From Takakia lepidozioides (taxonomy: Eukaryota; Plantae; Bryophyta): a stretch of 64,000 nucleotides of DNA. Every line of letters begins with the position of its first letter. Within the stretch, counting starts at the first letter, position 1. The notes under the pieces are model-generated. The model did no database searches. It worked only from the letters and a program-made list of their open reading frames with translations, and was not told the DNA's origin. The position numbers were made by a program, and so were the translations under genes. The stretch covers positions 14,632,001 through 14,696,000 of the forward strand of contig CM060733.1 of NCBI GenBank assembly GCA_030704615.1, given 5' to 3'. Below, piece by piece: positions 23,401-36,500 of this stretch.

Positions 23401-24398
23401 GCCTAACGGCTTGCCTCCCCACGCTGTGGATCCAACTCCACCTTTGCACCTCGTGGCTCAGGAATTCGTGCTGCTCCTCGAGTCACGGCTGCAGCAGACT
23501 CCACCTGCACTAGTGGTAGTGCTGCTCCACACATGAATCCCATGCCTCCCATATCTCCTCCTCGGGAGCAGGAGGTGGGACCATCCGGCCTTGGAGCCGG
23601 GTACCACCTGACCTGTAGCCATGGCAGCGAGCCTCTGCTCTAGCTGTTGAAAGGGTGGCCATGCCTTGGTCAACACTCTGACCTCCGCGTCCTTGGCCAT
23701 GTTGAGCTTGCCCTTGGCCTGCACCTCGTGCCTGGCCACCTCGTCCTCTCTGGGCTGCTCCACCTCACCCCGGCCACCATTGTTCCTTTGGAACTGGCCT
23801 GGGCGCAACTCAGGATGCAAACCATAACACTAGGCCTCTCTATCCCCGTGCTTGCCACAATGCCCATACTGCAACTGTGCAGGCTGTGCATGTGCCGGCC
23901 CTTTGCCTCCCTCTGGGCAATCCTTCTTGACATGGGGTCCCCACCTGTCCAGCACACCACATCCGCCCGTTGTTGGCCGGCAAATGAAGGGAGAGCCCTT
24001 GCATCTGAGGTCCTCTCTGCCCTTCCCTAAGCTTCACCTAAGCCCCCTTATTGCCTTGAGCACGTTGAGGTAGTGGTTGGCTAGGAGCACCATTACCCCG
24101 TGGTGTCTCTTAGCAAATCCCACCATGACCACTCGTTCCTCCACCATGTGAGCTCTATCCGCTCTGCCAACAAAAAACACATTTGCTAAGGTGGGTTGGG
24201 CCGCTTGTAGGAGAGTTGCATCCCGCAACCCTTCTCCTCAACTCCTTGTCCAATATCCCATACCAGAATTGGACTGCCTGAGCTTCCGTAACCCCTTGGG
24301 TTACATATCAATTTGTGCCTCATGCAAGTGAAAGCCTTCCTCAAGCTCTCAGTAGGCTTACGTTGGAACTCTTGCAAGCTCCGCAACTTCTCTATCCT
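20440..24398 (-). mobile_element. Ty3/gypsy element with PHD-finger integrase, 3' portion (RT/RNase H deleted)
   Basis: Gag C-terminus and knuckle at 23800-24390. Protease (VLLDSGA) at ~22860, joined directly to the integrase HHCC and core (WSLDFAGP, LTDQGREF). C4HC3 PHD finger at ~20890-21030. PPT-like AGGGGGGC at 20620-20627 and a short candidate 3' LTR at 20440-20616. Confidence 0.85.
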
Positions 24399-24483
24399 GA
24401 GCGTAGCTACAGCGTGAGCCCAGCCCCGTGAGCCTGGGAGCTGAGCTCACGTTCAAGCTACAAAGCGTGAGCTGAGCTCATGC
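24399..24483 (+). repeat. Left terminal inverted repeat region (CGTGAGC motifs)
   Basis: GAGCGTAGCTACAGCGTGAGCCCAGCCCCGTGAGCCTGGGAGC; CGTGAGCC starts at offsets 15 and 29, as at the right end. Confidence 0.85.
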
Positions 24484-24839
24484 TTCAGGGAAGTGAGCGG
24501 CACGAATCTGCTGGAGAAGAAGGTCTATAGGCGAGGATGCAAGAAGAGAGCCTATTACCGTGGACAAAACAAAAGGGGCCAACACACACCATGTCTGCAA
24601 TGCCCGCTCAAAAACAGAAAATATGAAAAACATGGCAGATTTGAGCTCAGAATGATTGTCACAGTTTATTTCAATTCACAGATAGACGCTTACAATGAAT
24701 TGCATGTGCATTTGCCCTGGTTCCGTAAATGAAATCCATATTTTTGTCAGAAATGCAAAGTCTTCACACGGCAACCTACAAACCAGCATGTTAAGCGTGC
24801 ATGGCTCGTATGTGTTCAAAGAGAAGTTGGCGGAGCTCC

Positions 24840-27800
24840 ACGCGAGGTGTCCCGCTGTAGAAGGGTGTTCACTTTCCATAGCCTAGTGTGGCTTGGTGGA
24901 TGAATTGGTCTCTCTTACGTCGCAACACATAATACACAAAGGTATATGTAATATTGATGCTTGCAGGGGACCCACTTCCCTCTCATGCCGAGAGCGCCCT
25001 CACGCATCGTTACAAAGTCCGGACAAGTGCACGAAGGGAAATTCCCGACGGTAACCTGATATTCTTTGCCATGAAGAACTGACCCAATTGACAGCACTGT
25101 GTGTAAATTCCGTCCATACCCCGGAGAAGAAGGGACTTCGGTGATACGAGACACCCGAGCCGCAAAATTCTAGCAGATTCCATCTTGCATTCGTGATCTG
25201 CACCCGAAGCGAAACGGCGCACTGTTTTTCCATCTCTTTTGTTGGGTGGGAGTCGGCACCGGGTGGCGGCATTGCCGGAGCATGTGGCACATCTGTGCCG
25301 ACAGGCATGAGGGCACCACCCGGGACCGTGCAAGACAAAAACCCTCCCTCCTCCAGCATGCTTATATCGGTTGATGACAGCAACGTCCCAATTTGCACAG
25401 GCCAAATTGCGGGGGGAGGGGTTTCATTATCACGAAGGACAAACTGTTCCCTCACGCATCGTGCCATATCGTCCAGGCAGAACCAAAATTTGTGGTCCTT
25501 TGACTCCCCACTATGATAAGGTCGGAACAACCCTGTGAATGTTGGAGCTGGAGTCCCCCTGGAGCCTTTGCATATCTTTGATTTGCATTTCTTGAATGAG
25601 GGGGTCCGAATTGCCATGCAAGCCACTCTAGATCCTGGTGGGGTGCGTTCTATATGCCACTCACTATCAATGCAATCGGATTCCTGCACCATGGCCACCA
25701 CCTCCTCCAAAGGGATTCCCGCTGCTGTGCTTGTATGTCTGCACCTGCCACTGGAGGAGGACCCACCTGGGAAGGGGCGGCACACGACTCAGTCTGCAGT
25801 GGAGACACCTTTGGCACAGAGAAATTGACCCTGTCTGGCCGATGGGAATCTCCATCTGACCTGGAAGAGTGTTCAATTTCTTTTGCATGATCCAAATCTT
25901 TCCTCGCCTTCCAAATGGGGGGAGCCTGGATTGTAGAGGGGACCCTTCAGTGCATTATTTAGAGCTCTGGCCATATCTTGACGGGGACTCCGGACCTACT
26001 CGCAGCCCTTAGCATCAACAAAGTCGTATCAGGGCCCTTGCCTCCATCCCGTCCCATCAGAAAATTGCGGTACCTGGTTTGTTGTGTAAGTGCACGCACC
26101 ATGTCATCAGCAGTGGCCACATACAAGTCACGACCTGCTTTGGTAGACTGCTGCATCCAGGCGTTGTGAACAGTCTCCGCCAAATTACAGGATGGCATGT
26201 CGGCCAAGTCCTCCAAGGACATGTCCTGCAGGAGGCATTGCATGGATATGTGAGGAACGAAAACAAATGGTAGAGGTTCTTCAAGTGACATCGAAGAACC
26301 CAAATGAACAGGCACGATGCAAAAATTTCTGTTTTGGGATTGAAGAGGCTTACCGTCGTCATGAAAGCTCCCCACTGTCTGTACCTGAAGTGCCAGAAAA
26401 CCAACCAGTCCTCCAACTCCTTTACGTGGGTACCTGTTGCAGCACCAGAGGAGAACCACCAAGCCCGGATTGCCTGGTAAGTGCTCTTCAGCTTCTCCCA
26501 TTGAGGTGGCATTCTTGTACTTGAGACAAAGCCTTCTGTACTCCAACTGCAGGTCAGGGCGAATGCAGCACTTTGTATGACGTGCCAGAGATTGAGTCCA
26601 ATGGAAGAGGGGCTGTGCGCTCCCTATTTTCCATTGGGACCTTAGGATCCCCCGAACCAAACACGCGTTCGCACTGCATTGAAATTTGCCTGTGCACTAT
26701 CAGCCATGAAGCCCGCAAAATTTGTGTTTTTGTATTCCATTGCGCTGCATGACGGCCAAGAGCGAATTCCACATGAGCATCTGGGATTCAGTGTCCTCGA
26801 CTGCATATCACAAAATTGCTATGGAGAGCACACGCGGTTACGCCGGATCATACACATGGCACGCCATGGTTGTCCAACCCTTCACCCGTTTGCAGCAGTG
26901 ATCAAACATTAACCAACATTTAGCCAAATCTCCTCCTGGTTGCATACGGCGGACAATGCTCACACCACTGCCTTCGCCCACAGGGGACATCTTGAACAAA
27001 TACACCTTGGACGAGCCCTGGCCACGGGAAGATACTGTTTTTGAATGAATTCATAGCGACTCCTCCGGTTTCAGGTCCATAATGTTGTCCATGAATCCAG
27101 CAGTGCCTGTGCCCATTCTGAGTGCATTCACCTGGTTTCGAATATGGGAGAGCTCAAACACGGAGGAAAATGGTCCATGACTGCATTTAAGCGAATCTGC
27201 ATCCAGCAAAGGTTTGTGTCGCATCCCCTTTCAACCCAGTATGTGGTTTCTCCAGGTAATGGCCTTGCTAGCTGCAAGCGCTATAGCACAAGGTGTTGCA
27301 AAAGGGGCATGTGGAACTCCCGCTTCAAAAGATTCTAGCGATGTCCACACTATCCCTGCAACTTTCTTTGGACACAGGATGCTCGTGTGCACCCATATGA
27401 ATGCAGGCACGAGTCATTGTCTTGCATCGGTGTGCCACCTGATACATATGAGCGTGGCACATCGAAACACAGGACGGGGAAAGTTTGCAGAACCTGCACA
27501 CAAAAGTATTGGTCCTGGGAGGGGCAAGCCCTGGGGTGAAAGGATTCAGGGGCACACCTTCCCACTCACTTTCGTTTGGTTGAGCGCTGTTTCTCAGCCG
27601 AGGGCAAGAAATATTCTGGCACTTACAATGCCCAACGCAGACCGACCTCCGAAATTTGAAGCCAATGTCGTTATGGATGTTCGACGTTTTTGTCCTGCAC
27701 CAAGGATGTCCGTCATGTTTCTTGTCCATGCCCTGCAAAAGCCCAGCCAGTCCAGTGGAAGAGGGGAGGGTTGAGCTCAAACAGGATGTCCCCATCAAAC

Positions 27801-28500
27801 TGTGCTGGCACGTATTGAACCCGTTGCACAGGAAGGGACTCCCAATCAACAAAACGCAGCTCGCTCAGGCACACCTGCGAGGGCTTTCAATTTTGGAATG
27901 ACACTCGTTATCTCTTGCAATTCGTCATCATCCAATGACGGAGTCTGCACTGGCGGTTTATGGAATCTCAGAAACATCCTCCGAGGACGAGTCTGAAAGA
28001 GTCACGAAGGTAGTGGATGTGCTCACCTCTTGTTTCACAGGAACTGTGCCCTTCTGTTGCACGACCGATGCTGCAGTGCCAGGGGTAACGACTGATCCTG
28101 CTGATTGTCTTCTCTCTTTTCCAAGGACACGGTATGTGCCTGGAAGGAATCTCCACTTCCTTCCACACTTGCCAACCAATGGTTTCTCCAAGTGCCCAGA
28201 ATCCAAATTCCCATCCTCGTCATAAACCTCTTTTTGAACAAGGAGAGAACCCAACTCCAGCGGGAACACTGTAACCAGCTCATCCTCATGAACAACTGCA
28301 AACCCATCGTCGTCTGCAGTGGCAGTCAGTGGAAGAGTACCCGCATTGGAATGGAATCGAGCAAGTGTATCTCGCTCCCTCGACATGTTTCCCTCACTGA
28401 ACGAAAGTTGCGGAATCCTCGAACTGATAGCCCGCAATCACCGAAAGGGGAATTAAGACAAGCAAACTGAGGACAACAAGGGTAGCTCCAAACCAAAGGT
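24840..28500 (-). pseudogene. MULE-superfamily DDE transposase with N-terminal Cys/His zinc domain, extra Cys-rich domain and C-terminal SWIM finger (frameshifted)
   Basis: Zn domain CVGHCKCQNISC...CRFC...C...HMGAHEHP at 27325-27852. D1 in WLMFDH (~26905), D2 in GFMADSAQANFNAV (~26700), FHW after RERT (~26605), E in PSCNLAETVHN (~26175). SWIM CTCPDF...CKHQY at 24950-25035. GT-AG intron at 26226-26353. Confidence 0.85.
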
Positions 28501-29330
28501 TGCGGGTGATGCATGCAAAGGATGTAGGGATGAGATGCACCTTCACTTCGGAAACAGCAACGCTAAGAGGCACTAACCAGAAAAACTGTTTTCAAATACT
28601 ACAAGAAGTCGTGCTGTTTATGGATGAAAACAAACACTGAAAACGACATGAAACCATCCATTATGAAAAGATGGCAACAACCCTGGAGAGCAGTTAAAGG
28701 AAGACCACAAATGTCATGAGGTTGTGCTGTGCCAGAAGAGCACAGCACAAACACTGACACTGCAGAAGATACCTCGCATGAATGCGTGCCAGACATGGTC
28801 GTATCCGACAGAACCCTTTATGCCGAATGACCCCATGGCGACGGTTACGGTAAAATGCAAACCACAGGGTAGGCAGTACAACACACGTGGATGCATATGT
28901 GAAGCATAACAATTATTGCGGATCTGCAAGAACTGCTCGAAAATGAACCAGCATTACATTTCTACGGCACATCTGAATTTGAAAGAAAGCAAGAAGGCCG
29001 CGGGTGGTGGCAGGCGGCGCAGTACATCTGACATATATCGCTAGTGCATGCAACGGATGTACTTTTTTTCTAGCGCTTTATTACTTGGATAATACGGAGA
29101 CGACGGAATGGATGAATTCCGTTCGCACACAATAACAAAACCCGCATCCAAATATGGTTGACAACGTCCAATTTTGATTTTGGTTACATGCCATAGCAGC
29201 ACTTGTTACAAACGTCAAACTGGAGAGCTCTAGAGGCATCGTGGGGAGCCCTTGTTTCCAGCAGAGGAGGAAGAGAAGGAAGTCACTATACTTCACGAGC
29301 TCTAGAAACAGGAATAGAGCCAGAGAGATA
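28500..29330. promoter_or_regulatory. Putative bidirectional promoter/5' UTR region between the transposase (-) and the ParB-MTase gene (+)
   Basis: Inferred only from the head-to-head orientation of the two genes; no motif proven. Confidence 0.4.
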
Positions 29331-29576
29331 GAATGAGGATGGAAAGAGTGGACGAAGAGGAAAAGGAGGTAGAAGAGGGAGTAGAGGAAAGTGTGGCGAT
29401 GGAGGAGCAGGAATCAGCAGAAGAACAGCAGCCCGCCATAGTTCCAGGAACAGATGAAGAGGACACTGCATCTGAGGGAGAGACAGGCGAGATGGAAGAG
29501 GATGTTGAAGGTGGCCTCACGAGGAGTCTGCCTGTGGGAAAGAGGAAGGGGGAGAGGCTCACGTACACGCTCGGCG

Positions 29577-30533
29577 TGTCACGCGGCTTTTACTCACCCA
29601 TCCCTTCGCTATCCGAGGCGGAAACTCCAAGATAGAAGAGTTGGAAATCTCTAAGTACTCAGCCCGCGCAGAACAATCAGTCATGACCTACAGCTAGTGT
29701 ATCATGGGGGTGTTTCCTATTTGTTTCCCTTTCCGCATTCATCTTAGCTACCTTACCATTGATAATTAATTATCAGTTTGCTTCATCAATCTATCGGTTT
29801 CCTTCACTCATCCATTCAATCCACAGCTTCACTCAGATCTCTCTACACAGTGTGATTGTATCGTATAAGTATCAGATTATGATTTATCAGGTATCAGGCC
29901 GAAGCCATTATGTCTCTAATCTGCTCTACAATATCACTACAGCTTTGCATATAACAAGCATCTACTAATCCTCTTTCCTCCTTCACCGTGCTCTCCATCT
30001 TTTGCTTCCGATCTCCGCTCCAGCCTGACTAAGAAGTCCTCCTCCGAAGAATGATAAAAATCCCCTCCTTCATTCCCCGTTTTCCCTTTTATCTTCCTAT
30101 CCGCAGTTAACCGTTTCCCTCACTAACCGTCGTCTGTGAACTAACATGTTCCCTTCGCAGGTGTTGTTCCCCACAGTCGTTCCCTGTCTTACTCTTCGTT
30201 CCCTATGATCGTGACAGCTGTGTCAAACTGGCTGTGTGAAACTGTGACGCTGTGACTGGCTGTGCGACTGTGTTGGCTGTGTCGGGCTGTGCCGGGGTGT
30301 CGGTGTTGGCTATGACGACGTGACGGGCTGTGTTGGCTGTGTGGACTGTGACGACTGTGACTGTGTGGACTGTGACGGCTGTGTTGGGTGTGTGTGACTG
30401 TGACGGCTGTGTAACCCCCCTCTACAGTGCGCTGCTGTCACCCCTAAGGCTCCTGTTGGTCTCAGTCTGTGCAAATTTAAGGGTACCCTACAGATCCCGT
30501 ATAAGTGTCTAAGTCCCCTACAGTCCTCTAACA
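29577..30533 (-). repeat. 3' LTR of copy A (957 bp)
   Basis: TGTCACGCGG...CTCTAACA; matches the other three LTRs. Confidence 0.95.
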
Positions 30534-33500
30534 TTACCCCTTCCCCCCTCAAAAAGCCGTGTCCTCACGGTTTACTGTTTCCGAGTAGCAAACCTTTGTG
30601 AGTGAGCACCTTGTTGACGTTGAGAGTTTCGTGGCGGACTGTGTGTACGAGCCCGAGGTCTGTCTCTGGTTGACGGAGATGGTTGATCACTACCTGGATA
30701 AAGGCCCTCTGGAGGCTGATATCGAGGTAACCTTTCTGGCATAGGAGACCCCCGTCGCTTCTTTTCTGCCATCTGAATTGCATAGTCTTCTCCCATGTCA
30801 AAAGAATTCTGTGAAGAAACAGTTGTATCAGAATCCTCATCACCTCTCAGATGTTTTAATTTTCGAACCTTTTTGTGAATCATCTGGGCACAATGCTTCC
30901 TACCATGTCTGGAAGTTTGCATTTTACAACTTGGTGTAACCGCTGAACTGCAAAATTGGTGTAGACACTGAGCTCCTTGTCTGTCCAGGTGTGGGTACCA
31001 ATTACTGGTGCAGCGTGCAAGTACTTCCATGCCACATGTCCCTTATAGAAAATGTCATCAAGTCCGAATTTCTGTGTTGACAAATGGTTGCAGGCTGCTT
31101 GAAACCATGAACGAATTTGAGAATCCTTTTGCATCATAACTTTTGGGTCATATAGGTACATATGAGGTGGCACCGAAGGTAATACCCAATGATCTCCACT
31201 GGAGTAACTTTGAAAGCGTGTTTGCATCTTTTGTTGCTCACTGTGGTAACGTACGAGAAAACAAGCAGCGTAGTATAGCCCGCACCCCATGACAATACTT
31301 GCTATCTCCTTGGTCTTGGTATAAATGAGTCCATGTACAACCTGGAAGCAACCAATTCCCTCAACATGGTACCTGCCTCGTGCCAGAATTGTGCAAAGTG
31401 ATGATCTTCAATATGTCGATTGTTTGGAAGAACTTTAGTCCTAGTTGCCACTGGCAGCCAAATACGCATGATTTGGTAGTAATGTGCGAATGACTGCGGA
31501 GGACTAAATTCTTTCCAAGCCAAATCCAACATGATGGGAATTTGGTTGAAGGCGCATAGCCCTGCTGTACTCCCTGGCAGCTGGAGTTTTAGGTGGGTTA
31601 AAAGCGGCATTGCCCATACCCGGCTGTGGTGGCTGTGGTGTGGTTGTAGTAACCACAGGTTCAGCTACTGGTACACTGACCTGTTGTGGTGGTGGTGGTA
31701 CTGGCTCCTGTATCATTGGCATCTCCTGCACCTCCTGTGAAGACTGAAAAGCCAAAGTTCTGGCTTGTAAATAAGAAGCCATTAGCTGTTCCTGAGGATA
31801 TAGACTCTTTGGTCGATTTTGAAGTGAGGTCTTCCACTTGAGTCTGGAGTCCGTCTACATCCTCTTGTACTCTGCTATCCTACTATAGACATTGTCTATA
31901 GTAGTTGTGGCAATGTTCTGCACCTGCAGTCTGAGCTCATTCATCTCGCTTTGGGTGAGCTTCCGTGGGGGCTTTGCCCTCTACTGGCCCTTGTGCTAAC
32001 CAGACCTGCATAAGGCTTATCCACCAAGCTGCTTGTGGTTCCCCTGAGAGTTTGCTCCTCTCTTAGCTTGTACAATTCCAACTGTTGTTGTAAAGCCTCC
32101 ATGCGCTTCGCCTGTGGCTCAACCAATTGCGCATAAGCAGCAAGTAGATTATTGGCTTCCTTCCAAGCCTTGTTACTGACCGCGATTTCATTTCTATTGG
32201 CCACGATGGTTTGTTGCAACTCCACGATGTGTTTCTCTTGATCAGCTTCCATCTGCCTGTATTGCTTGAAAGTATCTTCATTGCGACAGATTGTATTCTT
32301 CATATCGACAATGAGCTTCATTTGCTCAACATTCTCTTCTTCTGCCTTCGTACATTTTTCCGCTTGACTGTTTATTTCTTTTGTTGATTGGTCAAGCATA
32401 GTTGTAAATGTAGCACATTGTATCGCCATCATGTTATGCACTGTCTGCAACTCCGTATGTAGTGCATTCAGTTCTTGCAACTTGCTTTCATGCTGCACCT
32501 GCATTTGGTATAGCTGTTGCTTATGTGCTTCATGCAACTGGTCTTGCGCGAGGCCTGCCTCAATCAATTGTTGCTTGGCCAATTGCAAAGCCATTTCTGT
32601 ATGCCCAAAGTCCTGCTTCATCTTGAGAGTGACCTCTTCATCGACCTTGTTTGCACACTCAGTGGCAAGTCGAGCCTCAAACTCCTTCCTAAGTTCCTCT
32701 TTCAAGGCTGTCATTGGGTAAGTTGGAACATGGGATTGACATAAGTCCCCAACAAATTAAGTGTCCTGCCTATGGAATCATCAGCATGCCTGTTGAGGGT
32801 CATCATGGTGAGGTTGCTGCTGTTCTCTTGATCTTCAACAGTATGATGTCTCACTAACCATTCAGCCATTGTCCCACCGGAATTTTCTTCCTGAACTACT
32901 TCATCTATCACCGGTGCTACAGTGTCATGACCTTCCGCCTTGGTACCTCCGACACAGGTGTGTGTATTATATGCACCTCAGGATTTCCCTTGGGCAACTG
33001 TTGCACCTCTGGGATTTGTCTCCTTGACCAGACCAGAATATTCATAGAGAAGGTCCCATTTCTCTATTTCTGCCACTATCTGTTCTGTTTGGGAATATCT
33101 ATCCCTTCACTTTCCAAATCAATTATTTCGGGTTGAGTGCATGGATAACTTGTGACTTGTGACAAGTCGTTCAAGTGGCTGTGATGGTGTTGACAGAAGT
33201 AACTTCCTCCTCCCTCTCTGAAGGTCCCTGCTTCAGTAATAGCATTTGTCTGGCTGCTGTGCCCCTTCCTGGCATGAGCTTGGGAAACATTACATGCGGA
33301 ATCCGTTGAAGCCAGTGGATCCGCACTACAGTCTTTCCCCTTCTCTGCCTCTTAGTCTCGGGTTGTGCTGCTAGTCCACCCTCACTGTGTGAAGAGCCTT
33401 GCTCTTCCATTGCAGTTGTTTCTGGCTCAAACACTCCCATTCCTTCCTTTCTGTGCATAAGTATGCAGAATTAAGGATTATTTGAGCAATGATTGGGCCA

Positions 33501-36500
33501 GACACAATGATAGGAGACTTTGCGGTAGTACCTTGTAATCTTTTCATCTCCTCTACTAGTGTGTTGTTACATTATGTCCACCCTGGGTTTAAGAAAACTC
33601 ATTCTGGAATAAGTCCCCTATTTGCAGTTTGCCCTGTGTTCTAAACATGCACCTGACCTGCTGGCAATCGAAAACAATTGTTGTAGGATATAGGGGAGTA
33701 ATCTTTAATTCAACTCCCTTCACCGTTTGTTCATGTGTCCTTGGCTCAAAGTTCTGCAAAAATTGTAACATGTACTGTCTATGGTGTAGTGTCCCATCTA
33801 GGCTTGCAATCCTTCCAATCTCAGCTCTCCAGTATCTTATCGCATGTGGGGTGCCATCGTTGTTTCTGCAGAATTGTGGTGCTCACCCTGATTTCTCCAT
33901 TCCTCTCCTCTCTTCATTTAGACTCACAGAACTGCGTTTTGCTGTAACAACTGACAGGAATGCTGGTAGGCACAAAGCATAAACGTATGGTTTTGCCGCA
34001 GAAAGCTATGGGTAATTTTTGTAAGCCTGCGGGGTGGCTTGCAAGCATTGCTCAAGAGAAAAGCTCTGCTCTGTCCTTTCGTGTCTATGCCACTGCGTAA
34101 GTAATATTGCGAGCGTATAGTCTGTTAGTTCCTCCATAGTTTCCAAGTTATAGCATTTATGGCCTGTCCTGTCGAGACGCCCGTTACTCAGAACGACGCC
34201 GCCTCTTGCGCTCAATTTCCCTCCATTTTCTTGATCCTTTCTCTGGTTTTCTATTGGCTGTATCCGCTGTGACTGGATTTAAATTTTATCTTCTTTAGTG
34301 GACTTTCCCTCTTGGATAGTCCACTAGGATCACACATGTGACAAGAATTCGGCTTTTCTGTACTTGCCGTTCGTTCCGTTTCCCTTTTTCCGTACTCATT
34401 AATGGGCCTGCTTTCATCCCTTTTGACGGCCGTTCTTGTCTCTTTCTTTTTGACACCTGTCCTTGCACTTCATTCTCTGCTGTGTGTCGCGCCCTGACCT
34501 CCACGTGTCTATTTTTAAAGTAATTTCCGTTTCCTCTTCCGTCATCATTTTCCTGAAGTTATTATGTGTCCACTTGTCACTGATTCTATGGATGTGTAAC
34601 TTTAGTAGGCTGTGTTGAGCTGTGACAGGCTGTGTCATACTGTGTTACCTGTGATAGGCTGTGATGCACTGTGGTAAGCTGTGATAGGCTGTGACACGCT
34701 GTGGTAGGTTGTTATAGGCTGTGATAGGCTGTGTTTTGCCTGTGATAGGCTGTGTTTCGTGATGGGCTGTGTAGGCTGTGTCAACTGTGATTGTGTCACC
34801 CCCATGGTCATATATGCTGGGCCTAGCGACAAGTGTTCCATACTCCGTTCGTAACACTGGTGCAGCCCGTGACTGCTCTTGCGGTTCAACATGCAAATCA
34901 TGCTGCAGGGGTTTGTCATGGATACCACTGTACCCCTTCAACTTATTTGCATTGACTCTTCCCAGCATTTCTTTGTTAATGGTTTGTAACATGGCGGTTT
35001 GTTATCATACATCTTTTGTATGACATAAGGTCCTTTCCACGGTGATTTAAGCTTAGAAGCTTGAATCTTTCCTTTCTTCTGCAACCATAGAACCAAATCC
35101 CCCGTCTTAAAAGTCTTTAACTTGCCTTCATCAAACTGTTCCTTTCGCTTCATCTGAATTCTGGTCATATTATCAGCTGCATCAGCACGTACTTCTTCCA
35201 CATGGTATAATTCATGTTTCCTGACCTTGATGGAGTCTTGCAATTCCATTCTTTTTCCCCACTCCGTTCTCATGGTAGGTAACAGGAATTCCACTGGAAG
35301 TAAGGCTTCCATACCATAAACTAATTGGAATGGTGTATACTTAGTGGTGACTTTATATGAAGTCCTGTATGACCATAAAGCTGTCAGCAGCTTTGTATCC
35401 CAATCCGTTCTGTTTGCATTGACTATCTTAGCCAAGATAGTACATAGTATTTTGTTGGTAGCCTCTGCCTGCCCATTACCCTGCGGGTAATATGTTGTAC
35501 TCTTTCTATGCACAATCATAAACTCTTTAGTCAACAACTCAATGGTCTCATTCATGAAGTGACTTCCTTGATCACTGATAAATTCTAAGGGACAGCCAAA
35601 TCGTGTAAGTATGTTCTCGTACAGGAACCTTGCTGTGGACTTGGCTGTGTTGTCCCTCAAAGCTTTAGCTTCCACCCACTTTGTAGTATATCAGTGGCTG
35701 TAATTATGTACCTGTTTCGTGTATTCTTGGATGGTGGATTAATTGGTCCAACAAAGTCTAGTCCCCATTCTGAAATGGTTCCGTAGGCATTGTAGGATGC
35801 AAGGCCATCCTTCCAGATCTCTGCAAAGGTCCTAGCCTCTGACATTCATCACACTTCTGACAATACTCATGTACATCTTTGAACAAGTAGGCACCAGTAT
35901 CCTGCGAGTAGTATCTTTTCTACTGGTAGTCTCTTCTCCAAAATGACCTCCAGCCACTCCTTTATGAACTTCCTCCAAGACTTTATTTACTTCATGGTGG
36001 TACAAGCATCGTTTTAGTACTCCATCAGGTCCTAACTTATACATTCTGCTTCCTACCATAGTATAAGGTAAAGCTTTGATAGCAATTCTCTTCCTCTGCT
36101 CCTTACCATAACTAGGTGGGCACTGACCATGAGCAAGGTAGTATCTGATTGGCCACTGCCAATCTAACCATTCATCTGCACTTCCTTGCACCTCCATTAC
36201 AAATAAACTCGCATCAGGTAACTGATCGTCCACTCCTGTGGCGGCCTCTCCTGTTGTTAGTCGTGACAAATGATCTGCCACAAGATGCAAACGGCCAGGC
36301 TTGTAAATAACCTCGAACTCAAACTCATGCAAGATTATTAACCACCTCGCTATCCTTCCACTTATCAAAGGTTTGTTCACCAGATATATCAGAGCCTGGT
36401 GATCCACATAAAACATAAACTTTCTTCCCAATAGGTAATGCCTGAATTTCTTGACTGCATAAATCATTGCCAATGCTTCTCTTTCCGTTGTGCTATAGTT

